Of a stretch of 64,000 nt of DNA, positions 1 to 9,697 are shown in pieces. The stretch covers positions 1,210 through 65,209 of the forward strand of contig URWC01000001.1 in NCBI GenBank assembly GCA_900551555.1, written 5' to 3'. The translations under genes were made by a program, and so were the position numbers. The notes beneath the pieces are model-generated. The model made no database searches. It saw nothing but the letters and a program-made list of their open reading frames with translations, and had not been told where the DNA came from. How positions within the stretch are numbered: the stretch's first letter is position 1; each line of letters opens with the position of its first letter. The stretch comes from an uncultured Collinsella sp. GTDB taxonomy: Bacteria; Actinomycetota; Coriobacteriia; Coriobacteriales; Coriobacteriaceae.

Positions 1-649
1 GGACCGTGGCGACGACGCCACGATACTCGTCGAAGTATGAATCCAGAATGAGTGCCTTGAGCGGCGCGTTCGCATCGCCCTTGGGCGGAGAGATCAAAAA
101 GACAATGGACTCCAGCAGATCGTGGATGCCCTCGCCGGTCTTGCCCGAGACACACACGGCATCATCGGCAGGGATCGCCAGGTCATCCTCGATCTCGGTC
201 TTAACCTCGTCGGGATGAGCCGAGGGCAGGTCGATCTTGTTGATGGCCGGCACAATGTCCAGATTGGCGTTCATGGCGAGCGTCGCGTTGGAGACGGTCT
301 GCGCCTCGACGCCCTGCGTGGCGTCAACGACGAGCACCGCGCCCTCACAGGCCGCCAGCGAGCGCGAGACCTCATAGGTAAAGTCCACGTGGCCCGGCGT
401 ATCGATCAGATTGAACTGATACGTCTCGCCATCGTCGGCGTCATAGGACACGCGAACGGCATTGGACTTGATCGTGATGCCGCGCTCGCGCTCGATATCC
501 ATGGTGTCGAGCAGCTGCGACTCCATGTCGCGCTCGTCGACGGTATGGGTGAGCTCGAGAATGCGGTCACTGATCGTGGACTTGCCATGGTCGATGTGCG
601 CAACGATTGAGAAGTTGCGGATGTGGGAAATGTCAATTGAAGTATTCAT
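1..649 (-). CDS. lepA: Translation elongation factor 4 LepA, N-terminal part; runs off the window start
   Basis: Manual minus-strand translation from ATG 649 gives [32 protein letters not shown]...[17 protein letters not shown]...IDTPGHVDF, the translational GTPase motifs of LepA. Not in the ORF track because no stop lies in the window. Confidence 0.95.
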   Translation of the reverse strand, partial: MNTSIDISHIRNFSIVAHIDHGKSTISDRILELTHTVDERDMESQLLDTMDIERERGITIKSNAVRVSYDADDGETYQFNLIDTPGHVDFTYEVSRSLAACEGAVLVVDATQGVEAQTVSNATLAMNANLDIVPAINKIDLPSAHPDEVKTEIEDDLAIPADDAVCVSGKTGEGIHDLLESIVFLISPPKGDANAPLKALILDSYFDEYRGVVATV

Positions 650-674
650 GCGGACTATCTTACCCGAGCGGTAC

Positions 675-711
675 AAAAAATGGAGCCTGTTCCATAAAAC
701 AGGCTCCATTT
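675..711 (-). terminator. Intrinsic terminator downstream of rpsT
   Basis: 14-bp inverted repeat AAATGGAGCCTGTT/AACAGGCTCCATTT running into a T-tract on the minus strand. Confidence 0.85.
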
Positions 712-745
712 ATGCGCGTAATCTGTGTGGTGTGAAATTTACAAC

Positions 746-1012
746 TTAAGCGTTGATGCTGTTCACGAGCTTGGCAAGACCGGACTTGCGGTTGGAAGCC
801 TGGTTCTTGTGGATAACATGCTTGGCGGCAGCCATGTCGAGACGCTTGGTGACGGTCTTGAGGGCAGCCTGGGCCTTCTCGGCGTCGCCCTCGGCGACGG
901 CGGACTGGACGTGCTTGGTCAGCGTCTTGAGCTCGGACTTGACAGCCTTGTTACGCATGCGAGCTGCCTCATTGGTGCGGATACGCTTCTTCTGAGACTT
1001 GATGTTTGCCAC
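746..1012 (-). CDS. rpsT: 30S ribosomal protein S20
   Basis: ANIKSQKKR...[13 protein letters not shown] signature; GTG start after GAAAGGA SD. Confidence 0.97.
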   Translation of the reverse strand: MANIKSQKKRIRTNEAARMRNKAVKSELKTLTKHVQSAVAEGDAEKAQAALKTVTKRLDMAAAKHVIHKNQASNRKSGLAKLVNSINA

Positions 1013-1145
1013 TTCTGGAGTTCCTTTCGAGTTCCTTGCAAAAAATGTATGACACCTCTGAGACACGGTGAGGTCATGCAAGCGTCTACTATAGCACGCT
1101 CCCCCTCAAAGGGATAGAACGAATTTGTCAAATAGGCAGGTATCA

Positions 1146-2108
1146 TCACGATTTTCTCAAGATGTTCGTAATCCAGAGCAAAAGCGCGGTCTCAGAATCG
1201 GCCGAACCCTTGAGCGCGAGCTCTACATCGACCGCCCCCTCGAGCGCCGCGACGAGCTCTGCCATCGAAAAGCGACGTGCCCAGGTCAAGTGATTCTTGA
1301 CCTGCCAGGACTGGAGCTTGAGCGTTGCGGCCAGCTCACGACCCTGTCCGCGCGCATCGAGCGCCTTGGCGACGATAAGCTCGCGGATGCGGCCGCACAG
1401 CAACGTGTAAGTCCACACGTAGCTCTTGGCGGGCAATAGATTGAAAAGCTCGAGCGAGCGTCGCATGTCACGTGCCGAGACCGCATTGAGAAAGTCCCAG
1501 GGTTGAACCTCGGCCGTACGTACAATCCAGCGCTCAACGTCGGCAAGCTCAATCTGGGGCGCCTCGACCATCTGGGCAAGCTTAGCCAAGTCGTTATCGA
1601 GCATGCGAGTGTTCTCGCCCGAACGCGAGACGAGCTCCTCGGCGGCCGCCGTCGAGATCGACTTGCCGCGCTGCGTCGCCATCTGCTGCACGCGACGCGG
1701 TAGCTCCCAGCGCTTGGTGCCGGAGCAATCGATCACGGCCTTCTTATCGATCTTGGCGATCGCCTTATACAGGCGTGTGTTCTTGGCAAGCGAGTCGGCA
1801 ATGACGAGGCAGACCGTTGTGGGGCTGGGACTCGCCAAATACTCGACAAGCGGCTCCGAGACCGCCTTGGCGAGCTTTGAACAGCCATCAAGGATTACCA
1901 AGCGAAACTCGCTGCCCATCGGAAAGGTGTTAAGCGATCCGATAATGGACTCGATATCGGGGTCCTTGGTCATGTCGCGCTCGTCGATGTTGAACTCGAC
2001 CATGCCCGTCTTTTCCAGACGCGCTTTCATACGCGAGACGGCGTGATCGCGCTTGACTCCGTCGGTACCGACGATCAGATATGCCGGCAGCAGACCGATT
2101 TCGGACAT
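1146..2108 (-). CDS. holA: DNA polymerase III subunit delta
   Basis: N-terminal YLIVG, C-terminal DVELALKGS; standard comEC-holA-rpsT synteny; start taken at MSEIG after GGGAGGGAG. Confidence 0.85.
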   Translation of the reverse strand: MSEIGLLPAYLIVGTDGVKRDHAVSRMKARLEKTGMVEFNIDERDMTKDPDIESIIGSLNTFPMGSEFRLVILDGCSKLAKAVSEPLVEYLASPSPTTVCLVIADSLAKNTRLYKAIAKIDKKAVIDCSGTKRWELPRRVQQMATQRGKSISTAAAEELVSRSGENTRMLDNDLAKLAQMVEAPQIELADVERWIVRTAEVQPWDFLNAVSARDMRRSLELFNLLPAKSYVWTYTLLCGRIRELIVAKALDARGQGRELAATLKLQSWQVKNHLTWARRFSMAELVAALEGAVDVELALKGSADSETALLLWITNILRKS

Positions 2109-2186
2109 TGCGCTCCCCTCCCGCAGGCCTTCGTATTCGTTCCGTGCCATTCTAGCCCAGGGGCCCACCACACGCCAACGACGTCG

Positions 2187-4490
2187 TCACGGTCGCTGGC
2201 GTCGCATCGCAAAGCCATTCGCAGTTGGCGTGACGGTAATGTCGCCGTGTTCGATGGTGCACGCGAACACGCCGCCCGCTTCCTTAACGGCATCGATGCA
2301 GGCATCGGACGGATGGCCGTATCGATTCCCCTCGCCCGCGCTCGCGAGGGAAAGCTCGGGCTTCAGGACGTCCAGCAACTCACCATCGGCTGAAACCTTA
2401 GAGCCGTGATGCCCAAGTTTAAGTACATCGATATCTCCCACCTCCTGCACGAATTCCCGTTCTTGATCGAGCTCGGCATCACCGGTGAGGAGCACACGCA
2501 GGCCCTTGCCTTCCTGAACATAAGAGAGCAGCAGGACAAGCGAGTCCTCATTTCCCTCGCCATCCACGGACTCGAATGGCCACATCACGCGGGCGCAAAA
2601 TGAGCCGATGTCGACCGTATCCCCACGGCGCACCTGCCGATACTCCACGCCAGGTCGGTTCAATACCTCGGCAGGAGCATCCTCCAGCGCATCCGCCGCC
2701 ACGGCAATCGTTCTGACCGAAAACTGTTCGAGCAAGGCAGGCAGACCACCCCAGTGGTCCTCATCCCAATGCGTAACAAAGACGGCATCGATATGGTGCA
2801 CGTTATTGCGAACCAACGCCGCCACCACGCGCTCGTCGAGCCCGCAGTCGACGAGTGCCACTGCGCTGCCCTGGCGAATAAGAATCGCATCGGCCTGGCC
2901 CACATCGAGCACCGTCACCGAAGGCGGCGCGAATCGATCCCAGTAGACGTACGGAATCGCAGCCAAGAGCACCAGGCATGCAAGCCCCACCGCCATAGGA
3001 CGTGCGCGGGGACGCGGCCACCAGACCAGCAGAACCGCCAGCACACACGGCACTAGGTAAATCCACATGCTATCGGGCGGCACGCTCACGGATGCACCCG
3101 GCACGGCGGCAAACAGCTGCTCGAAGAACAGCGCGCAACGGGCGGCAATCATGGGCACAACGAGCGCCCAAGTCCGCAACGGCGCCACGAGCGAAAAGGG
3201 AACCAGCACGATCGACACAGCAAGCAGCACGCTCACCACCGGACCGATGACCGCATTTGCCAGCGGAGCAATGAGCGAGAACGTACCGAAGGCGGGAATG
3301 GTAATGGGAAGAGTCGCCAGTTGCGAGCACAGCGTGACGGAAAGCATGCTGGCAACGCCCGATGACACACCCAGCTCACCCAAAGCGTAGGTCGCATAGG
3401 GGCAAAAGCACAGAATGGCTAAGACGCTGGCACATGAAAGTTGAAAGCCCATCTCGAACAGCACCGTCGGTCGCAGTAGCACAAAGATGGACATGGTTAC
3501 GAAGAGCGCCGATGCGCCGTGCCGGCGACGCCCCGCGCCGTTTACAACAAGCGTAGCGAACACCATGCAGCACGCGCGCACGGCCGAGGGAGACGCGCCC
3601 GTAAAGGCAGCGTAGCCCACAAGCGCCATCGCCAATATCGCCCGCTGAACACCACGTGAGCAGCGAGTTTTTTGCAATACACCCTCGATTACAAATCCCA
3701 CGATAGCCAAATGGCTGCCGGAGACGGCTATAAGATGCGCCGTTCCCGTCACCGAAAACCAGTCGCCCGCCGGCTGGGCGCGTAGCTCGGCCGAACGACC
3801 GCAGACGACACCGGCTATGAGCGCACGCGCCGGGTCGGTCGCAGGCGCGATGGACGCTAGCAGCCCATTTCGCAGCCGAAGCAGCGGCCCCGGAGAGCCC
3901 TCATCGACCGGCACAATCCGAACGGCTTGAACCTTGCGCACCTCGCCTCGGAGCACGCGCGATCGTCCATATGCATCGTTCTCAAAACGTGAAACGCGAC
4001 CGATAACACGCACGTGCGCCCCGGCCTTGAGCTCGCGGTCACACGACAGGCGAACCGTTGCCAAGTTCTTACCGTCCGCGCGCGCCTCGCAGGTATAGGA
4101 ATACACGTCGTCGTTTATGGATGAATCACCCTGCACGACAAACTCGAGGCTGCTTGCCGCTCGACCGTCGAGCGCCTTCGAGGCGCCTAGCGTGCCCGCA
4201 GCCCACCACGCCGAGACGACCGCTCCCGCCACGAGACCGACGGACGCGGCATACAGCCACCGCTTCCAAGGGGCAAGCCGCGCACAAGATTGAGCCAGCA
4301 CAACGAATACCGCCGCCGCAACGGGAATGGCCCATAGCAGCCCGACCGCCGGCGCCTGCTCCCTCAGCAGCGCATCAGCGGCCACGTTGAGCACCAAGGC
4401 GCAGCTCATGCACATGCCGGCACACAGGGCCATCGTCCACGGCATCAGGGGCCGCGGAGGCATCACATGTTCGCGCTCGGTCGCACTCAT
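2187..4490 (-). CDS. comEC: DNA uptake channel ComEC/Rec2 with C-terminal metallo-beta-lactamase domain
   Basis: TGTAHLIAVSGSH competence motif, GFQLS, LDVGQADA, THWDEDH, LLTGD, KLGHHGS; ATGA overlap with the comEA stop. Confidence 0.93.
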   Translation of the reverse strand: MSATEREHVMPPRPLMPWTMALCAGMCMSCALVLNVAADALLREQAPAVGLLWAIPVAAAVFVVLAQSCARLAPWKRWLYAASVGLVAGAVVSAWWAAGTLGASKALDGRAASSLEFVVQGDSSINDDVYSYTCEARADGKNLATVRLSCDRELKAGAHVRVIGRVSRFENDAYGRSRVLRGEVRKVQAVRIVPVDEGSPGPLLRLRNGLLASIAPATDPARALIAGVVCGRSAELRAQPAGDWFSVTGTAHLIAVSGSHLAIVGFVIEGVLQKTRCSRGVQRAILAMALVGYAAFTGASPSAVRACCMVFATLVVNGAGRRRHGASALFVTMSIFVLLRPTVLFEMGFQLSCASVLAILCFCPYATYALGELGVSSGVASMLSVTLCSQLATLPITIPAFGTFSLIAPLANAVIGPVVSVLLAVSIVLVPFSLVAPLRTWALVVPMIAARCALFFEQLFAAVPGASVSVPPDSMWIYLVPCVLAVLLVWWPRPRARPMAVGLACLVLLAAIPYVYWDRFAPPSVTVLDVGQADAILIRQGSAVALVDCGLDERVVAALVRNNVHHIDAVFVTHWDEDHWGGLPALLEQFSVRTIAVAADALEDAPAEVLNRPGVEYRQVRRGDTVDIGSFCARVMWPFESVDGEGNEDSLVLLLSYVQEGKGLRVLLTGDAELDQEREFVQEVGDIDVLKLGHHGSKVSADGELLDVLKPELSLASAGEGNRYGHPSDACIDAVKEAGGVFACTIEHGDITVTPTANGFAMRRQRP

Positions 4491-5200
4491 ACGCAGATGC
4501 AATCTTTGATTTTGGCAAGCTTCTTCTCGCCGATTCCCGACACACGCATCAGATCGTCAACCGAGGCAAAAGCACCGTTCTTTGTACGCTCATCGATAAT
4601 CGACTGTGCCATGGAGGGACCGATGCCCGAGAGCGTCTGCAGCTCTGCCGCGCTTGCCGTATTGATGTTGACTAGGCCCGTTGCGCCACTCACGCCCAAT
4701 GATGCGGAAGCCCCACCATCAACACCGGCTTCCGCAATGGACGCCTGCTGCTCCCCCACCGTTGGAACGTGAATCTTCTGCCCATCGACGACCTTGGATG
4801 CCCGATTGAGCCCCGTAACGTCTGCCTCGGGCGCCAGCCCGCCGGCGGCATCTATCGCCTGAGCCACCCGCGCGCCGTCCTTGACGCGATATACACCGGG
4901 CGACACAACGGCACCATCAACATCGACATAAACCTCTGCCGCGGCAGACGCCTTAGACGAAGAGCCTTCGGATGTCTTTCCGCTCGAGGCATCGCCGGAT
5001 CCCGGCTCCACTAACGAGCCCGAACCATCAGTGCGCTCAAACGACACGCCGCCAGTACCGCCGCCAAGGTTCGCCATCGCCAAGCCGCTCGCCATCGCAA
5101 TGACGACCAGTATCGCCATCACCACTGCCTTGTGACCGAGCAGCTTGTCCGCCCAGCGGTCCATCTTTTTGACCCGTTCGTGTTGTTCGCGCTGCGCCAT
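4487..5200 (-). CDS. comEA: Competence DNA receptor ComEA
   Basis: N-terminal TM helix, SLBB domain (VYVDVDGAVVSPGVY), HhH domain (VNINTAS..EL.TL.GIGP..A, GIGEK); GGGAGG SD. Confidence 0.95.
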   Translation of the reverse strand: MAQREQHERVKKMDRWADKLLGHKAVVMAILVVIAMASGLAMANLGGGTGGVSFERTDGSGSLVEPGSGDASSGKTSEGSSSKASAAAEVYVDVDGAVVSPGVYRVKDGARVAQAIDAAGGLAPEADVTGLNRASKVVDGQKIHVPTVGEQQASIAEAGVDGGASASLGVSGATGLVNINTASAAELQTLSGIGPSMAQSIIDERTKNGAFASVDDLMRVSGIGEKKLAKIKDCICV

Positions 5201-5275
5201 AGCAAAACCTCCCAACACCATCGTGTCAGGAAAAAAGCCCTGCAACAGCCACGCTCCAAAACCGGTTTTAGCGGT

Positions 5276-5295
5276 CAAACCAAATACCGACCAAA
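5276..5295 (-). promoter_or_regulatory. Candidate competence box upstream of comEA (TTTGGTCGGTATTTGGTTTG)
   Basis: 17/20 identical to 34627-34646 upstream of yraN-comM-dprA, at a similar distance from the start codon. Confidence 0.6.
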
Positions 5296-5370
5296 ACCTT
5301 GCACAAATCTGTCCATTTATTCAGGCACACGTCAGCAAATGAACACTTAGCCGCAAAAAGCCCAGATAGC

Positions 5371-5403
5371 AAAAGACCGACGATGCAGGCGCATCGTCGG
5401 TCT
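5371..5403 (-). terminator. Intrinsic terminator after thiI, insulating comEA
   Basis: 13-bp stem AGACCGACGATGC/GCATCGTCGGTCT followed by a short T-run on the minus strand. Confidence 0.75.
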
Positions 5404-5413
5404 ATGCACAAAT

Positions 5414-6658
5414 TTACTCGTGATCTTGGTAAATCTCACGCGGAGCAAGCTCCGAATGTTTGCGTTTTAAGGTCTTGGGGGCCTTATACGTGTTGCTTTC
5501 GAAGTCGATGTACTCAGTCTGCTTGAGTAGGCGCTCGATCATCTCCTCGTGATCGAACAACTCCCAGGCCTCATGCACGGCATCGAGTTTAGCGTGCGTC
5601 TCGGGACGACGCGGCATAAACAGCGTGCAGCAGTCGGGAGCGGCCTCAGTCGAGATATCGAACGTACCAATCTCCTCGGCGCGCGCGATGATCTCCTGCT
5701 TGTCCGAACCGATGAGAGGACGGAACACGGGAATCTTCACGGCCTCGTTAACGGCCATGATATTCTCAAGCGTTTGGGAGGCAACCTGTCCAAGCGATTC
5801 GCCCGTCACGATGGCCTTGGCGCCCTCGATGTGTGCAATGCGCTCGGCAACCGAATACATAATGCGGCGATACATGATCACGCGCAGGTTGCTGGGACAG
5901 GTGACCGAAATCTCACGCTGGCAGTCGCCAAACGGCACCACGTACAGGCGGCCGATCTGGACACCCGGCTCAAGCGCACGGATGATGTCCTGTACCAAAT
6001 ACTCGCTCGTATCGGGCGTCTGCGGACGACCGGAGAAATGTACCGGCACGCACACCGCGCCGCGACGCGCGAGCATCCAGGTTGCCACCGGAGAATCAAT
6101 ACCCGACGACAGCAGCGTCACGACCTTGCCGGCAGAACCCACCGGCAGACCGCCCACGCCGCGCTCGGAGCGCGCGTACACATAAACGCTACCCTGGACC
6201 ACCAGTACGTGCACCATCGCATCGGGGTCGTGCATTTGAACCTTTTTATCGGGGAAGGCCTCGCACAGCACCTCGCCCACCTGACGATTGATGTCAATCG
6301 AGGTGAGCTCATAATCGGTATTGGAGCGCTTGGCGTGCACCTTAAACGAATCGAAGGAACCAAACTCGCGCAGCGCCTTCACGGCGGCGGCACAGTACTC
6401 CTGAGGGTCGCGATTGGTGTGATACGCCAAAGACACACGAGCAACGCCGGGAACGGTGCGAATGACACGCGCCGCCTCGTCGGCCTGATGCTCGTTAAAG
6501 GTCACGAGGATATAACCGGAAATTCGAGACACGGCATTCACGGAAAAGGCGGCCAAGGCCGCCTTGATGTTATCCATGAGGATATGCTCAAAATGTGCGC
6601 GGTTCTTACCCTTCAGTCCAACCTCGTGATAGTGGACCAGGCAGACGCGAGCCGCCAT
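5414..6658 (-). CDS. thiI: tRNA 4-thiouridine synthase ThiI
   Basis: E.GLKGKNR, THUMP domain, GGLPVG, PP-loop LLSSGIDSPVA, TGESLGQVASQT, DCC. Confidence 0.96.
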   Translation of the reverse strand: MAARVCLVHYHEVGLKGKNRAHFEHILMDNIKAALAAFSVNAVSRISGYILVTFNEHQADEAARVIRTVPGVARVSLAYHTNRDPQEYCAAAVKALREFGSFDSFKVHAKRSNTDYELTSIDINRQVGEVLCEAFPDKKVQMHDPDAMVHVLVVQGSVYVYARSERGVGGLPVGSAGKVVTLLSSGIDSPVATWMLARRGAVCVPVHFSGRPQTPDTSEYLVQDIIRALEPGVQIGRLYVVPFGDCQREISVTCPSNLRVIMYRRIMYSVAERIAHIEGAKAIVTGESLGQVASQTLENIMAVNEAVKIPVFRPLIGSDKQEIIARAEEIGTFDISTEAAPDCCTLFMPRRPETHAKLDAVHEAWELFDHEEMIERLLKQTEYIDFESNTYKAPKTLKRKHSELAPREIYQDHE

Positions 6659-6940
6659 TTAGGCTTCAGCAACCTTGTGGCCGAGCGCCTTCTCGTAACG
6701 GGCCTCGTCGTAAGAGATGTCGCCGTCGACAATCTCGTCCATAGCCATCGAGATGGTGTCGGCACCGGAAAGCCCGATGGTGATGTCATCGACATCCTGG
6801 ACGGCAAGCACGCGGTTGTGCTGGCCACGCAGCATGCTATTGATATCGCAGGCGCGCTTGGAGGCAAGCGAAGCGAGCAGGAAGCGGTTGTGATCGGTCT
6901 TCTCCAGAAGATCGTCAATGCAAGGCTTTACAACGGACAC
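6659..6940 (-). CDS. rpoZ: RNA polymerase omega subunit
   Basis: P.IDDLL...NRF.L...ASKRA..I and AMDEI..G; follows gmk. Confidence 0.9.
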   Translation of the reverse strand: MSVVKPCIDDLLEKTDHNRFLLASLASKRACDINSMLRGQHNRVLAVQDVDDITIGLSGADTISMAMDEIVDGDISYDEARYEKALGHKVAEA

Positions 6941-6945
6941 GGACC

Positions 6946-7515
6946 TCAGATCCTTTCATGCATATCGAGAACGCGAACGAGCTCATCGGTCGCGCGGTCG
7001 AGATCGTCATTAACCACGACGTCGTCGTAGCGGTCGGCAAGGGCAAGCTCATCGGCGGCGTTTGCCATACGCAGCTCAATCGTCTCGGGCGTCTCGGTAC
7101 CGCGACCGACTAGACGCTCGCGGAGCACCTCAAGCGAAGGCGGCTTGATAAAGATCAGCACGGCCTCGGGGAAACGCTCCTTCACCTGCAGGGCGCCCTG
7201 GACATCAATCTCCAAAATCAGAGATGCGCCAGAGGCGAGCTTGGATGTGACCTCGCTCACCAACGTGCCGTAGCAGTTACCGTGGACCTCGGCCCACTCA
7301 ACAAACTCACCGTTTGCCACGCGGCGGTCGAACTCCTCGCGCGTCAGAAAAAAGTAGTTGACGCCGTCGACCTCACCTTTGCGTGGTGCTCGCGTGGTAG
7401 CCGAAACCGTCAGGCCCAGGTTCGAGCGGCGCTCGCGCACACGAGTGACGAGCGTACCCTTCCCTGCGCCTGACGGTCCAGAAATCACAAAGAGCTTGGA
7501 ATCCTGAGCGCTCAC
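6946..7515 (-). CDS. gmk: Guanylate kinase
   Basis: SGPSGAGKGT P-loop, SATTRAPR.GEVDG..YFF, EIDVQGA. Confidence 0.97.
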   Translation of the reverse strand: MSAQDSKLFVISGPSGAGKGTLVTRVRERRSNLGLTVSATTRAPRKGEVDGVNYFFLTREEFDRRVANGEFVEWAEVHGNCYGTLVSEVTSKLASGASLILEIDVQGALQVKERFPEAVLIFIKPPSLEVLRERLVGRGTETPETIELRMANAADELALADRYDDVVVNDDLDRATDELVRVLDMHERI

Positions 7516-7824
7516 TTATTTGGTCAGCTGCTCGAGGAGCTGCTCGCGCTGACGGACGCCGAGGCCCTGGACGCGACGGGTAGCGGAGATACCAAGCTCC
7601 TCCATGATCTTGGCGGCCTTGGCCTTGCCATAACCAGGAAGAGACTCGATGAGGGTGGAAACCTTCATGCGGGAAGCGATGGGGTCATCGGAGTTGAGCA
7701 CGGACTCGAGGGACTTCTCGCCCTTCTTGATCTGCTCGCGAAGCTCAGCGCGGGCGTGACGTGCGGCAGCAGCCTTCTCAAGAGCCTGCTTACGCTGCTC
7801 ATCGGTAAGCTGAGGGAGTGCCAT
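7516..7824 (-). CDS. mihF: Actinobacterial integration host factor (mIHF/sIHF)
   Basis: MALPQLT.EQR..ALEKAAAAR..RAE, MKVS.L.ESLPG.GK, RRV.GLG..Q; pyrF-mihF-gmk-rpoZ synteny. Confidence 0.93.
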   Translation of the reverse strand: MALPQLTDEQRKQALEKAAAARHARAELREQIKKGEKSLESVLNSDDPIASRMKVSTLIESLPGYGKAKAAKIMEELGISATRRVQGLGVRQREQLLEQLTK

Positions 7825-7960
7825 TCGTACCTCCAAGTAGTTGGGTTATATCTGATTCAATAATTGGCATTTTAGCACGTAGAACGTACAAAATGCCCAA
7901 TCGCGGCTCCATAGGTTAGACGATACCCGCAAAAAGTGCAATATACTGCGCCCAAAGTTA

Positions 7961-8018
7961 AGCCCCTGACCTGCGATTCCACACAAAGGATGGGAAAGTT
8001 TACGCAGGCACAGGGGCT
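7961..8018 (-). terminator. Large hairpin after pyrF, possible terminator
   Basis: AGCCCCTG.CCTGCG ... CGCAGG..CAGGGGCT inverted repeat with only a weak U-tail. Confidence 0.45.
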
Positions 8019-8063
8019 ATTTTGTGCTAATGAGACCCAAAAGTGGTGACTTAGGGGAATCTT

Positions 8064-8780
8064 TTAGGCGACGTTTTCGACCAGCTCGGCGACGATGGCG
8101 TCAAAGGCGGCAACCGGATCGTCGGCGCCGGTGATGGGACGGCCCACCACAATGTGGCTTGCGCCACGCTCGATAGCCTGGGAAGGCGTCGCCACGCGGG
8201 ACTGGTCACCAAGGGCGGCACCCACCGGACGCACACCCGGAGTCACGATCAGGGCATCAGGGCCCAGCAGCTCACGCATGTCGTGAGCCTCCATCGGCGA
8301 GCACACGATGCCATCGATGCCGTTGGCCTGAGCGAGCTTTGCCAGGCGGGCGGCCTCCTCAGCCACGGGCGACTCGACACCGATCTCGCTCAAGGCATCC
8401 TGATTCATGCTCGTGAGCACGGTGATGGCGACGAGCTTGGCGCGGTCCTCGCGCGCCTCCTCGGCACCCTCGCGGCAGGCAGCGAGCATGGCGCCCGAAC
8501 CCAAGCCGTGAACCGAGAGCAGGTCGGCACCGGCAAGCGAGGCCGAACGGGCGGCACCGCGAACCTGATGCGGAATATCATGGAACTTAAGGTCAAGGAA
8601 GACCTTAAAGCCCAGGTCCTTAAAGGTCTTGACGATCTCGGGGCCCTCAGCGTAATAGAGCGTCATACCAACCTTGAGCCAGGCGGCATGGCCCGAAAGC
8701 TCGTGGGCGAGCTCGAGCGCACGCTCACGATCGCAGTCGAGGGCGACGATTACGCGGTCGCGGGCATCGGTCTCTAGCAT
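8064..8780 (-). CDS. pyrF: Orotidine-5'-phosphate decarboxylase
   Basis: IVALD, FLDLKFHDIP, VLTSM, VTPGVRP, DQ.RV.TP, IVVGRPI. Confidence 0.97.
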   Translation of the reverse strand: MLETDARDRVIVALDCDRERALELAHELSGHAAWLKVGMTLYYAEGPEIVKTFKDLGFKVFLDLKFHDIPHQVRGAARSASLAGADLLSVHGLGSGAMLAACREGAEEAREDRAKLVAITVLTSMNQDALSEIGVESPVAEEAARLAKLAQANGIDGIVCSPMEAHDMRELLGPDALIVTPGVRPVGAALGDQSRVATPSQAIERGASHIVVGRPITGADDPVAAFDAIVAELVENVA

Positions 8781-9697
8781 TCGAAAGCACCTACCAGCTC
8801 GTTGATGTCCTTTACGCCCTGGGACTCGGCCCAGGCCTCGAGCTCATGCGCGATCTTGAGCGAAGCGCACGGATCGACGAAGTTGGCCATGCCGACCGAC
8901 ACGCAGGTGGCGCCGGCCAGGATAAACTCAGCCGCATCCTCGCCGGTCATGACACCGCCGACACCGTTGATGGGGATATCGACGGCCTGGGCAACCTCCC
9001 AGACCATGCGCACGGCGATGTGGTGGCACAGCGGGCCCGAAAGGCCGCCCTTGGGCTTGGCCACGCGGGACTTGCGGGTATGGACGTCGATGGCCATGCC
9101 CTGGATGGAGTTGATGACTGAAAGGCCGTCGGCGCCGGCAGCCTCGAGGGCCTTGGCGATCTCGGCGACGTTGACCGGAGCCATCTTCACGAACAGCGGC
9201 TTATCGGTCACCTTGCGGCAGGCAGCCATAACGGAAGAGGCGCCCTCGGGCGTGGAGCCCATGGCGGCACCGCCGGCGGCGATATTAGGGCAGCTCACGT
9301 TGATCTCGTAGCCGGCAGCCCAGGGGCACAGCTCGACATACATCTCGAGTGCGCGGACAAACTCGTCAACGGAGTGGCCGGCAACCTGACAGATGACCTG
9401 GCAGCCGTCCTTGGAGAGCTGCTCGAGCCACGGACCGGACTCGCGGGCAAAGGCGGCCACGCCGGGGTTCTGAAGGCCCACGGAGTTGATCATACCGCCG
9501 GGAATCTCGGCCATGCGGGGCGCGGGATTGCCGGGCCAGGGCTCGGCAGCGCAACCCTTGGTGGTGATGGCACCCAGCTGGGAGACATCAAAGAAGTTCT
9601 GGAACTGCCAGCCGTAGCCAAAGGTACCGGCTGCGGTGTTGATGGGGTTTTGCATCTTGACGCCGCCGAAATCGACGGCCATGTTCACGGTACCCAC
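8774..9697 (-). CDS. pyrD: Dihydroorotate dehydrogenase 1B catalytic subunit
   Basis: AAGTFGYG, GNP.PR..E, NSVGLQNPG, EINVSCPN, GGLSGP; GTG start overlapping the pyrK stop. Confidence 0.93.
   Translation of the reverse strand: MGTVNMAVDFGGVKMQNPINTAAGTFGYGWQFQNFFDVSQLGAITTKGCAAEPWPGNPAPRMAEIPGGMINSVGLQNPGVAAFARESGPWLEQLSKDGCQVICQVAGHSVDEFVRALEMYVELCPWAAGYEINVSCPNIAAGGAAMGSTPEGASSVMAACRKVTDKPLFVKMAPVNVAEIAKALEAAGADGLSVINSIQGMAIDVHTRKSRVAKPKGGLSGPLCHHIAVRMVWEVAQAVDIPINGVGGVMTGEDAAEFILAGATCVSVGMANFVDPCASLKIAHELEAWAESQGVKDINELVGAFEC

Noticed and set aside
7966..7973. TGACCTGC octamer, also present inverted at 39126-39133
   Set aside because: Too short to distinguish from chance, and no shared flanking sequence.
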